This document shows positions 1 through 8,781 of a stretch of DNA of 64,000 nucleotides, one piece after another. Within the stretch, counting starts at the first letter, position 1; each line of letters begins with the position of its first letter. The notes under the pieces were generated by a model that saw only the letters and a program-made list of their open reading frames with translations, searched no databases and was not told the DNA's origin. Position numbers and translations under genes: made by a program. The DNA is from an uncultured Candidatus Binatia bacterium (GTDB lineage: Bacteria > Desulfobacterota > Binatia > UBA9968 > JAJDTQ01): contig OZ243916.1 in assembly GCA_965213675.1 (NCBI GenBank), positions 2,432,001 through 2,496,000 on the forward strand. Direction: 5' to 3'.

Positions 1-333
1 ACCGGAAGCAGCTCGAAGGTCTTCTCGCCGGTCTCGCGGGCCTCGAACTGAACCCGTGCCTGCTCGCGGACGCGCCCGTAGGTTTCCGGGGAGCCGCGGT
101 CCGGCTTCCAGTCCAACGGAAGGGGCAAACCGGCCAGGCCCCGCAACGTTGTCACGTCGCGCTGCTTCAACTCGTTGATCTGCAGCTTCGAGATTCCCGC
201 CACGAGACAGAGGTGATCGTCGTCGCGACGGCGCTTGTCGCAAGCCTCCCGCCACCTGCACAGGTCGCAATGTTCCACCGGCTCGGGATAGGTCGGTGGC
301 GCTGAGTTCGAAGAATTCGTCTGTCCGTTTCAT
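1..333 (-). pseudogene. TM0106-family RecB-like nuclease, internally deleted and frameshifted, runs off the left edge
   Basis: ATG at 333 gives MKRTDEFFELSATDLS, resembling the TM0106 N-terminal LSAxDL motif. A different frame gives PPTYPEPVEHCDLCRWREACDKRRRDDDHLCLVAGISKLQ, an internal Cys-rich TM0106 segment. Not in the ORF track. Confidence 0.7.
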
Positions 334-367
334 TGCGAATGGCCGGCCCCGTTGAACGATGAGGCGC

Positions 368-763
368 CTACAGCGTCGGCACGACGCCGGATTGGATGAT
401 TCGTGCGTCGCGGGTCAGCACCGTTGCGCCAAGAAGCTGCGCCGAGGCGACGATGACCCGGTCGGCAGGGTCCCGATGAAAGGCGGCGGGAAGGGCGGCC
501 ACCGCCGCTGCAACAGCGGGTGAGATGCCGACCCGCTGCACCAAGGGTGGGGCGGTGGCGGCCTCGAGCCACTCCCTCAGCGGCAAATGGAACGAGAGCC
601 GCTTGAGATTGTACAACGTGGCAATCTCCCACAGGGTGATGTCCGAAACCCACAGCGGATTCTCGGGACCGGCCTGTCGAAGGACTTCCTCCTGCTCCGA
701 CGAAAGACTGCGGTCCGCGCCCATCCAGTCAATCAGAATGTGTGTATCGAGGAGCGCCTTCAC
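368..763 (-). CDS. vapC: PIN-domain VapC toxin
   Basis: LLDTHILI, SDITLWEIA and HRDPADRVIVA PIN motifs; overlaps upstream antitoxin by 4 nt. Confidence 0.9.
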   Translation of the reverse strand: MKALLDTHILIDWMGADRSLSSEQEEVLRQAGPENPLWVSDITLWEIATLYNLKRLSFHLPLREWLEAATAPPLVQRVGISPAVAAAVAALPAAFHRDPADRVIVASAQLLGATVLTRDARIIQSGVVPTL

Positions 764-1008
764 CGCGTCTTCCCTGCCTCGGCTTCCCAGACGCCGGCAT
801 CCAGGACCGGCCCTACGATATCTCCGTGTACCTCCACCGTTCCAAAAAGCGCATGCTGCGGATAGCGGTGCTGCCTGGGGACCGGCGGGACAAGCTGGGC
901 AACCGGCTTGCCGCGTTTCAGGATCGTAACCGCCTGTCCTGTCTGTACGACTTCATCGAGGATGGCCAAGCATTTTGCCTTGAATTCCGAGGCATTGATT
1001 TCTCTCAT
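760..1008 (-). CDS. Phd/YefM-family antitoxin
   Basis: INASEFKAKCLAILDEV...VTILKRGKPVAQLVP. Confidence 0.9.
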   Translation of the reverse strand: MREINASEFKAKCLAILDEVVQTGQAVTILKRGKPVAQLVPPVPRQHRYPQHALFGTVEVHGDIVGPVLDAGVWEAEAGKTR

Positions 1009-1032
1009 ATGACCAGGCTATATGACTAGTCA
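1007..1032. promoter_or_regulatory. Probable autoregulatory operator of the Phd/VapC operon
   Basis: Direct repeat ATATGACCAG (1007-1016) / ATATGACTAG (1020-1029) and perfect palindrome TGACTAGTCA (1023-1032) at the antitoxin start. Confidence 0.5.
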
Positions 1033-1076
1033 ATCGAAATCAACCAAGGCACGGACCATACAGAAGGAGATTCACC

Positions 1077-1889
1077 ATGGCCAACCACATCGCAGGCCCC
1101 CTTTACTACGAGCGCATGGGCCGCACCGGTCCGGTGATGGCGTTCATCCATCCCAACCCCATGGACCAGTCGTGCTGGATCTTCCAGATGGCGCACCTGT
1201 CGACGTGGTATCGGTGCATCGCCATCGACATTCCGGGGTACGGGCGGTCGCCGAAGGCGGCAGCGGGGCTGACCATGGATGACATGGCCGAGGCGTGTTG
1301 GGAGGCGATCGACGACGCGACGCCCGGTGAGGACGCGGTTCTGGTGGGCTCGTCGGTGGGGTCGGCCATCGCTCCGTACATGTATCACCAGCGCCCGGAC
1401 CGGACGAAGGCGATGATCCTGTCGGGCAAGGGGTACTCGACGGACAAGAGCAACTTCCAGCGGCGTATCGACACCTACCGCGCCAACGGCATCGGTTTTC
1501 GCTGGCGGTACACCTTCGAGGACTTGAGCCCGGCGTTCCGCGCCACGCCGCTGGCGCATTTCTTCGCCAACCTGTTCACCGAACGCAACGAGTTCGCGGA
1601 CGTGGACACGATCTGCCACCAGTTCGGGGCGCTTCAGGAACAGGAGCCCGAGGGCCATTACTCCGGCCTCGCCTGCCCGGTCATCATCCTCACCGGCAGC
1701 GAGGACAACGCCCATCCACGGGCGTTTGCCCTGCAGGAGCAAATTCCGGGTTGCGAGTTGAAGGTGTTGCCCGGCGCCGGGCATGCCTGCCAGATCGAGC
1801 AGCCCTGGCTGTTCGACCGCTTCATGATCGAGTTTCTGACCAAGCACGACCTTTTCCCGGGGACGCCTGAACCATCGGCCGGGTCCTAA
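1077..1889 (+). CDS. Alpha/beta hydrolase, paralog 1
   Basis: DIPGYGRS, nucleophile elbow GSSVG, GSEDN, GAGH; RBS AAGGAG. Confidence 0.9.
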   Translation: MANHIAGPLYYERMGRTGPVMAFIHPNPMDQSCWIFQMAHLSTWYRCIAIDIPGYGRSPKAAAGLTMDDMAEACWEAIDDATPGEDAVLVGSSVGSAIAPYMYHQRPDRTKAMILSGKGYSTDKSNFQRRIDTYRANGIGFRWRYTFEDLSPAFRATPLAHFFANLFTERNEFADVDTICHQFGALQEQEPEGHYSGLACPVIILTGSEDNAHPRAFALQEQIPGCELKVLPGAGHACQIEQPWLFDRFMIEFLTKHDLFPGTPEPSAGS

Positions 1890-1955
1890 CGAATATCGAA
1901 TGATCGTCAGTATCCAGCGTTCAGAAGTTGGGAACCACCGAAACGGAGGAATATC

Positions 1956-2771
1956 ATGGCGAACAACGTTGAAGGACCCCTCTACTACGAGCGCATGGGC
2001 CGCACCGGTCCCGTGATGGCGTTCATCCATCCCAACCCCATGGACCAGTCGTGCTGGATCTTCCAGATGGCGCACCTGTCGACCTGGTATCGGTGCATCG
2101 CCATCGACATTCCGGGGTACGGCCGGTCGCCCAAGGCCGCGGAGGGGCTGACCATGGACGACATGGCGGACGGGTGCTGGGAAGCCATCGACGACGCGCT
2201 GCCGGGCGAGACCGCCATCTTGGTGGGCTGTTCGGTGGGATCTTCCCTGGCTCCGTACATGTATCACCGGCGTCCCGACCGGACAGCGGCGATGATCTTG
2301 TCGGGAACGGGCTACACGCCCGAGAAAGCGTTCGCCGCCCGGCGCATTGCCGCATACGGCGCCAAGGGCATCGGCTATCGCTGGGCGTATACGTTCGAGG
2401 ATCTGAGTCCTGCATTTCGCACGACGCCGATGGCACACTTCTTCGCCAACCTCTTCGCGGAACGCAACGACTTCGCGGACGTCGATACCATCCTCCGCCA
2501 GTTCCGGGCGATGCAGGCGCCGGAACCCGACGGCCACCACTCCAACATCTCCTGTCCGGTCACCATCCTGAGCGGCAGCGAGGACAACTCCCATCCCACC
2601 GCGGCCGCGCTGCAGGAGCGGATACCGGGCTGCGAAATGAAGGTGCTGCCCGGAGCCGGGCATGCCTGCCAGATCGAGCAGCCTTGGCTGTTCAACCGCT
2701 TCATGATCGAGTTCCTCGACAAGCACGGCTTGTTTCCCGGGACGCCCAAACCGCTGCCCGGGAGCTTCTGA
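1956..2771 (+). CDS. Alpha/beta hydrolase, paralog 2 (tandem duplicate)
   Basis: GCSVG, GSEDN, GAGH; N-terminal part nearly identical to paralog 1; RBS GGAGG. Confidence 0.9.
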   Translation: MANNVEGPLYYERMGRTGPVMAFIHPNPMDQSCWIFQMAHLSTWYRCIAIDIPGYGRSPKAAEGLTMDDMADGCWEAIDDALPGETAILVGCSVGSSLAPYMYHRRPDRTAAMILSGTGYTPEKAFAARRIAAYGAKGIGYRWAYTFEDLSPAFRTTPMAHFFANLFAERNDFADVDTILRQFRAMQAPEPDGHHSNISCPVTILSGSEDNSHPTAAALQERIPGCEMKVLPGAGHACQIEQPWLFNRFMIEFLDKHGLFPGTPKPLPGSF

Positions 2772-2873
2772 CAGAACCCTCCGAGACTCCGCATGGACGA
2801 CCGGAGGGCGCCGTGTTAACCTTCCGGCAAGGCACACTTCCGTCTACTCAACCCCTTTGGGAGGGCCTCGGAC

Positions 2874-4496
2874 ATGCTCGAAGCGACGGCAAGGCATCGC
2901 CTCGGAACATCCACCCGAACGCTGGTCATCGTGCTCTTCGCCGCACTGCTGCTGGCCATCCCCTCCGCCCACGCTGACAAGAACACCCTCCAGCGGGGCA
3001 ACGGCGCGGAGCCGGAGACCCTCGACGTGCACAAGTCGTCGGGCGTTCCGGCCGCCGGCATCCAGCGCGACCTCTTCGAGGGTCTCGTGGCGGAAGCCGC
3101 CGACGGCTCCCTGATCCCGGGCGTGGCGGAGAGCTGGACCCTGAGCGATGACGGCACGGTCTACACGTTCCGCCTCCGCAGGAACGCCAAGTGGTCCAAC
3201 GGCGATCCGGTCACGGCTCACGACTTCGTCTTCGCGTTGAGGCGGGGCGTGGATCCGGCGGTGGGCTCCGGCTACGCCTTCATCCTCTGGCCCATCGCCA
3301 ACGGCGAGGAGATCACCAAGGGCAAGATCAAGGAGATCCACCGGCTCGGGGCGGAAGCCGTCGACGCGCACACCCTGAAGGTGACCCTGAAGGCGCCGAC
3401 GCCCTACTTCATCGGCATGCTCACGCATCCACATGCGTATCCCGTGCATCCCAGGACGCTGGAGCGCCACGGAGACAAGTGGACCCGGGCCGGCAACCTG
3501 GTTTCCAACGGTGCCTACCGCCTGACCGAATGGGTGCCCCAGAGCCACATCCGTCTGGAGCGCAACCCGCACTATTGGGACGCGGCCAACGTGGGTATCG
3601 ATGCCGTGGTCTTCCACCCCACGGAGAACACGAGCACCGAGCTCAAGCGGTTCCGGAGCGGCGAGCTGGACATCACCTATGACGTGCCCCCCGACCAGAT
3701 CGCGTGGGTGGAGAAGAACTTCGGGGCGCAGTTCCGCAACACCGCGTATCTCGGCACCTACTACTATGCCCTCAACCTGACCCAAGCACCGTTCCGCGAC
3801 CGCCCGGGACTGCGCAACGCGCTGGCCATGACCATCGACCGGGAAATCCTCACCGGCAAGGTCACCAAGGGCGGCGAGATCCCCGCCTACGCCTGGGTCC
3901 CCCCGGGCGTCAATCGGTACGCGGGAGCCGCGGTACCCTGGAAGGGACTGTCCAAGGCCGAGCGTCTCGCCCGGGCAAGGAAGCTTTACGCCGAAGCGGG
4001 ATACTCGAAGGAGAACCCTCTGAAGGTGCAGATCCTGTACAACACCAGCGACAACCACAAGCGCATCGCCATAGCCATCTCGGGAATGTGGAAACAGGCC
4101 CTGGGCGTCCAGACGGAACTCTTCAACCAGGAGTGGAAGGTCTATCTCACGACCCGCCGCGCCATGCAGTTCGACGTGCTCCGGGCCGGCTGGATCGGCG
4201 ACTACAACGACGCCAATACCTTCCTCGAACTGCTCAAGGGCGGCGTCGGCTCCATGAACCCCGCGGGGTATGCCAACCCGGAGTACGACGCCCTCATGCG
4301 CAAGGCGGAGACCGAGACCGACCTGGAAGTCCGGGCGAAGCTCATGCAGAAGGCGGAGAGCATCCTGTTGAACGACATCCCCATCATCCCAATCTACCAC
4401 TACACCACCCAGCATCTGGTGAGCCCGCGGGTCAAGGGGTGGAAGGACAACGTCATGGACGTGCACCCGACGCGGCATCTGTCGCTGATACCGTGA
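2874..4496 (+). CDS. oppA: Oligopeptide ABC transporter substrate-binding protein
   Basis: Signal peptide, NGAEPETLD, YTFRLRRNAKWSNGDPVTAHDF, RAGWIGDY. Confidence 0.92.
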   Translation: MLEATARHRLGTSTRTLVIVLFAALLLAIPSAHADKNTLQRGNGAEPETLDVHKSSGVPAAGIQRDLFEGLVAEAADGSLIPGVAESWTLSDDGTVYTFRLRRNAKWSNGDPVTAHDFVFALRRGVDPAVGSGYAFILWPIANGEEITKGKIKEIHRLGAEAVDAHTLKVTLKAPTPYFIGMLTHPHAYPVHPRTLERHGDKWTRAGNLVSNGAYRLTEWVPQSHIRLERNPHYWDAANVGIDAVVFHPTENTSTELKRFRSGELDITYDVPPDQIAWVEKNFGAQFRNTAYLGTYYYALNLTQAPFRDRPGLRNALAMTIDREILTGKVTKGGEIPAYAWVPPGVNRYAGAAVPWKGLSKAERLARARKLYAEAGYSKENPLKVQILYNTSDNHKRIAIAISGMWKQALGVQTELFNQEWKVYLTTRRAMQFDVLRAGWIGDYNDANTFLELLKGGVGSMNPAGYANPEYDALMRKAETETDLEVRAKLMQKAESILLNDIPIIPIYHYTTQHLVSPRVKGWKDNVMDVHPTRHLSLIP

Positions 4497-4638
4497 CGCC
4501 TCCGGCGTCGCATCGGAGCCCGCGCGCGGCAACGTCGTCGTCCATCGGGAACGCCAGCGGGCCACCCCTCGCCAAGGCCGGAGGCGCCCGTTCCCCGGAG
4601 GACTGACCGCCGGAACATCATCCCGGACTTTCAGGACC

Positions 4639-5565
4639 TTGTGGATCTACGTGATACGGCGGCTGGCGTCGGCGCTGCCGACGCTGTTCATCATCGTCGC
4701 CATCGCCTTCTTCATGATCCGGCTGGCGCCCGGCGGTCCCTTCGATCGGGAACGGGTGGTGCCGCCCGAGATCTCGGCCAACCTGAACCGCGTCTACCAT
4801 CTTGACGAACCCCTGCCGCAACAATTCGTTCGCTACCTCAAGGGCCTCGCGCGCGGCGACTTCGGGCCATCCTTCAAATACCGGGACTTCACCGTCACCG
4901 AGTTGATCGCCGCCGGATTCCCGGTGTCGCTCAAGATCGGCCTTTCGGCCATGGCCGCGGCGGTGCTGGTCGGGGTCGGCCTTGGCGCGTGGGCGGCGCG
5001 GCGGCGCAACTCCGCGGTGGCCCACCTGGTCATGGGACTCGCCATGACCGGCATCGCGGTGCCCAACTTCGTGGTGGCGCCGCTGCTGTCCCTCGTCATC
5101 GGCGTGTACCTGAACCTCCTGCCCGTGGGCGGCCTCGGAGACGGCGGCGTGCGCCACCTGCTGCTGCCGGTGATTTCCCTGGCGCTGCCGCAGGTGGCCT
5201 TCATTGCGCGCCTCGCGCGCGGCAGCATGATCGAAGTGCTGGACGCCGACTTCATCCGCACCGCCCGCGCCAAGGGACTCACGGAACGGCGCATCGTACT
5301 CCGTCACGCCCTCAAGAACGCCCTCACGCCGGTGGTCTCCTACCTCGGACCGGCCACCGCCGCCATCGTCACCGGGTCGGTGGTGATCGAGCAGATCTTC
5401 GGCATCCCCGGCCTCGGCCGCTACTTCGTTCAGGGCGCCCTCAACCGCGACTACACCCTGGTGATGGGGGTGGTGGTCACCTATGGCGCGCTCATCATCG
5501 CCCTCAATCTGATCGTGGACCTGCTCTACGGTGTCCTCGACCCGCGGGTGCGCTCCCATGAATAG
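4639..5565 (+). CDS. oppB: Oligopeptide ABC transporter permease
   Basis: APGGPFD, DFIRTARAKGL EAA loop, NRDYTLV. Confidence 0.92.
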   Translation: MWIYVIRRLASALPTLFIIVAIAFFMIRLAPGGPFDRERVVPPEISANLNRVYHLDEPLPQQFVRYLKGLARGDFGPSFKYRDFTVTELIAAGFPVSLKIGLSAMAAAVLVGVGLGAWAARRRNSAVAHLVMGLAMTGIAVPNFVVAPLLSLVIGVYLNLLPVGGLGDGGVRHLLLPVISLALPQVAFIARLARGSMIEVLDADFIRTARAKGLTERRIVLRHALKNALTPVVSYLGPATAAIVTGSVVIEQIFGIPGLGRYFVQGALNRDYTLVMGVVVTYGALIIALNLIVDLLYGVLDPRVRSHE

Positions 5566-5606
5566 CGTCGTGATGCAATCCACGGGAGCGCAGCCGAAGG
5601 AGGGTC

Positions 5607-6503
5607 ATGACTGAATCCGCGACCGTGACCGGGAGCCGCCAGGCCGCGACCGCCGTCGGGCGCGGGCCCTGGCGCGACACCGCCTCCCGCCTCCGGCGGA
5701 ACCGCGCCGCCATGGCCGGCCTTGTGACGCTGGCCGCTCTCGCCGTCCTCTCGGTCGCCGTCCCCATGCTCTCCCCCCACGCCATCGACGACATCTTCTG
5801 GGACGCCATCGGCACCGGCCCTTCCCTTGCCAGCGGCCACCTGTTCGGCACCGACGCCAACGGCCGGGATCTGTTCCTGCGCACGCTGTACGCCGGGCGT
5901 ATTTCCCTCTCGGTGGGCCTCGCCGCTTCGGTGGTGAGCGTGGTGGTGGGGGTGTTCTGGGGCACCGTTTCCGGCTATGCCGGCGGCGCCGCCGACTCCC
6001 TCATGATGCGCTTCGTGGACATCCTCTACGCGCTGCCCTTCATGTTCTTCGTCATCCTGCTGATGGTCTACTTCGGGCGCCACGTGGTGCTGATCTTCGT
6101 GGCCATCGGCATGGTGGAGTGGCTCGACATGGCGCGCATCGTGCGCGGCGAGACCCTATCCCTCAAGCGCCGGGAATTCGTGGAAGCGGCCCGGGCCATG
6201 GGCGCGCCGTCCATGTGGATCGTGCTGCGGCATGTCATCCCCAACGTCGTGGGACCCGTGGCGGTCTTCGCCACCCTCACCGTCCCCCGGGCCATCCTGT
6301 TCGAGAGTTTCCTGAGCTTCCTCGGCCTGGGCATCCAGGAACCCATGACAAGCTGGGGCGTCCTCATCAGCGAGGGCGCGACCCAGATGGAAACCCAACC
6401 CTGGGCACTGGTCTTTCCCGCCACGTTCCTCGCCGCCACGCTCTTCAGCCTCAACTTCCTCGGCGACGGCCTGCGCGACGCGCTGGATCCGAAGCAGCGA
6501 TAG
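5607..6503 (+). CDS. oppC: Oligopeptide ABC transporter permease
   Basis: FGTDANGRD, EFVEAARAMG, ESFLSFLGLG, GDGLRDALDP. Confidence 0.92.
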   Translation: MTESATVTGSRQAATAVGRGPWRDTASRLRRNRAAMAGLVTLAALAVLSVAVPMLSPHAIDDIFWDAIGTGPSLASGHLFGTDANGRDLFLRTLYAGRISLSVGLAASVVSVVVGVFWGTVSGYAGGAADSLMMRFVDILYALPFMFFVILLMVYFGRHVVLIFVAIGMVEWLDMARIVRGETLSLKRREFVEAARAMGAPSMWIVLRHVIPNVVGPVAVFATLTVPRAILFESFLSFLGLGIQEPMTSWGVLISEGATQMETQPWALVFPATFLAATLFSLNFLGDGLRDALDPKQR

Positions 6504-6565
6504 CCGACCCTACTTGACCTATTAAAGAGACTATACTACATAAAAATTATTTGGGATCAATCCTA

Positions 6566-6859
6566 TTGAGGATCATTGCCAAACGTGCTCTGAGGGAGTT
6601 CTGGCAGCGTTATCCGGACGCTGAGAGTTGGCTTCGCGCATGGTACGACCAAGTCAGGCGAGCGGACTGGGATTCACCCGCCAGCATACGACGGGAACAC
6701 CCTCGCGCGAGCATCGTCGGGAGTGACCGAGTCGTCTTCAGGTTCAAAGGGAACGAATATCGAATGATCGTCAGGGTATTTTACCCGGGGCGTCTCATCT
6801 ACATACGGTTTATCGGCACCCACACCGAATATGACCGTGTCAATGTGGAGGAGGTGTAA
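6566..6859 (+). CDS. higB: HigB (RelE-superfamily) toxin
   Basis: (M)RIIAKRALREFW...RVVFRFKGNEYRMIV...IRFIGTHTEYD; start probably TTG 6566 (track start 6551). Confidence 0.88.
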   Translation: MRIIAKRALREFWQRYPDAESWLRAWYDQVRRADWDSPASIRREHPRASIVGSDRVVFRFKGNEYRMIVRVFYPGRLIYIRFIGTHTEYDRVNVEEV

Positions 6860-6860
6860 C

Positions 6861-8099
6861 ATGGCCAGCATCAAGCCAATCCGCACCGAAGGGGATTACG
6901 AAGCAGCTCTTGCTCGGATCGACGAGCTTATGGATGCCTTGTCGGGTCCGGAGGGGCAGGTGGAGGATGCCGACGACCCGGACAGGGTCGAGCTCGATGT
7001 CCTCACCGATCTGGTGGAGTTCTACGAGGAACGGCATCACCCCGTCAGTCTTCCCAGCGCCGTCGCCGCCATCGAGTATCGCATGGACCAGCAAGGCCTG
7101 ACACAGCGCGACCTCATACCCCACATCGGGAGCCGCAGCAAAGTCGCGGAGGTCCTGTCGGGCAAGCGGGACATCACCATGTCGATGGCACGCGCACTCA
7201 ACCGACATTTGAACATCCCTGCCGATGTGTTGCTCCAGAAGCCGGGCAGTAACCTGGATGCCGCGTTCAATGATCTGGCGCCGCGCCGATTTCCACTCAA
7301 GGAGATGGCCAAGCGGGGATGGATTCCGGAATTGCCTGACTTGGCCGACCGGGCCGAAGAGTTGATCGGCGGGTTGATTCATCGAGCGGGAGGGTTCGCC
7401 GCCGTCCCGCTGTACCGCAAGAACGACAACCGTCGAGTCAACGCCAAGACCAACGAATACGCGCTCAAGGCATGGTGCTGGCATGTAATGGCCTCGGCCA
7501 ACGAGCGCAAGTCAGAGGTCCCCTACGAGCCCGGTGTCGTCACTATGGACTTTCTCCGCCGTGTCGCACAGTTCAGCCCCCATGAAGACGGCCCCCTCCA
7601 GGCAAGGGACTTCCTGAGAGAGCACGGCATCGGCATCGAATTTGTGCGGCACCTGCCGAGAACCTATCTTGACGGCGCTGCATTGCGGCTCGCCAGCGGT
7701 AGGCCAGTCATAGGACTGACGCTACGCTACGACCGCATCGACAACTTCTGGTTCTGCCTGATGCACGAACTGGCCCACGTTGGGCTGCACCTTGACGGCA
7801 ATGAAGACGACTCCTTCATCGATGACCTGACACTCCGGGACACGGTCGGCGCGACGGACCCGACAGAAACGCAGGCCGACCAATGGGCCGAAGAAGCGTT
7901 CATCCCGCTCGACGTTTGGAAAACAACCGAGGTTCGGAAGCATCCCACGCCTTTCGCCGTCATGAGTCTGGCGAATGCTTCGCAGATTCATCCAGCCATC
8001 GTCGCAGGCAGAATTCGGCATGAACGGCAGAATTACCGGCTGTTGTCGCAGTTCGTCGGCACGGGCAAGGTACGGAGACAGTTGGGTGCAACAGCATGA
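6861..8099 (+). CDS. HigA-type HTH antitoxin fused to an ImmA/IrrE (DUF955) Zn-metallopeptidase
   Basis: IKPIRTEGDYEAALARI HigA N-terminus, XRE HTH GLTQRDL...SKVAEVLSGKR, LTLRYDRIDNFWFCLMHELAH (HExxH), ETQADQWA. Confidence 0.88.
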   Translation: MASIKPIRTEGDYEAALARIDELMDALSGPEGQVEDADDPDRVELDVLTDLVEFYEERHHPVSLPSAVAAIEYRMDQQGLTQRDLIPHIGSRSKVAEVLSGKRDITMSMARALNRHLNIPADVLLQKPGSNLDAAFNDLAPRRFPLKEMAKRGWIPELPDLADRAEELIGGLIHRAGGFAAVPLYRKNDNRRVNAKTNEYALKAWCWHVMASANERKSEVPYEPGVVTMDFLRRVAQFSPHEDGPLQARDFLREHGIGIEFVRHLPRTYLDGAALRLASGRPVIGLTLRYDRIDNFWFCLMHELAHVGLHLDGNEDDSFIDDLTLRDTVGATDPTETQADQWAEEAFIPLDVWKTTEVRKHPTPFAVMSLANASQIHPAIVAGRIRHERQNYRLLSQFVGTGKVRRQLGATA

Positions 8100-8139
8100 A
8101 GTTGCTGCACGGAAATAGCTCAGGTGGCGTTCCCCGGGT

Positions 8140-8631
8140 TTGGTGGACAGATTAGTTAAGCTGCCGGTGCCATCCGTTCGAAGCCAGCTGGTGTCTGGTA
8201 GCCGAGGGTGGAGTGGACGGGCAGCCCTGTATCAGAGCGTGAAGGGCGTGGGAGAGCTCACCGCGGCAACCCTGCTCGGGTACTTGCCCGAACTGGGCCA
8301 AGGGTGCGGCAAGGGCTTGACCTCCTTGGCAGGCTTGGCACCATGGTCTCACGACAGCGGCAAGCGCCAAGGCTACCGCGCCATCCGTGGAGGCCGTGGC
8401 ACCGTCCGTCGGGCCTTGTACATGGCCGCGCTGTCTGCCATACGCTGCAACCCCGAACTCAGCGGTTTCTATCGCCGGCTGCGGCACCGCGGTAAGCCTG
8501 GAAAGGTCGCCCTCGTGGCCGTCATGCGCAAGCTCTTGTTGCTACTCCATGCCATCGCACGCCGCAGTACCCCATGGGTACCCTCCCTCCGCCCTGAAAC
8601 CACTTAGCCCTTGTTTCCCATCACAGATACT
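8140..8631 (+). mobile_element. Truncated IS110-family element: C-terminal transposase half plus apparent right end
   Basis: GVGELTA, LAGLAPWSHDSGK, RRALYMAA, GKPGKVALVAVMRKLL; N-terminal DEDD RuvC domain absent; ends ...CACAGATACT. Confidence 0.85.
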
Positions 8632-8746
8632 CCCGCGAAAGCTTGCCCTCGACCTCGATCGGGGGCGGGAATCCAGGGGTGGGGCGGCGGAAATCCAGCC
8701 TTTCCCCGCCTCGCCTCACCTGGATTCCCGCCTTCGCGGGAATGGC
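8631..8746. repeat. REP-like palindromic element (ATTCCC-N8-GGGAAT type), left tip missing
   Basis: GCGGGAATCCAGG (8665-8677) is the inverse of CCTGGATTCCCGC (8719-8731); TCCCGCGAAAG pairs with CTTCGCGGGAATG; same family as 24717-24826. Confidence 0.8.
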
Positions 8747-8781
8747 GGAATGAGAGCATCGGACTTTTGTAGAGCCCCGCG

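Noticed and set aside
1077-2771. Possible DGR template/variable repeat pair
   Set aside because: Both copies are full ORFs, differences are mostly synonymous C/G changes rather than adenine-specific, and there is no reverse transcriptase in the window.
1026-2837. 603-aa minus-strand ORF with an internal repeat
   Set aside because: Antisense of the two hydrolase paralogs; the repeat simply mirrors the duplication.
6514-6545. Sigma70 promoter TTGACC/TATACT for higB
   Set aside because: Spacing is only 12 nt; a promoter is likely in this AT-rich stretch but cannot be placed.
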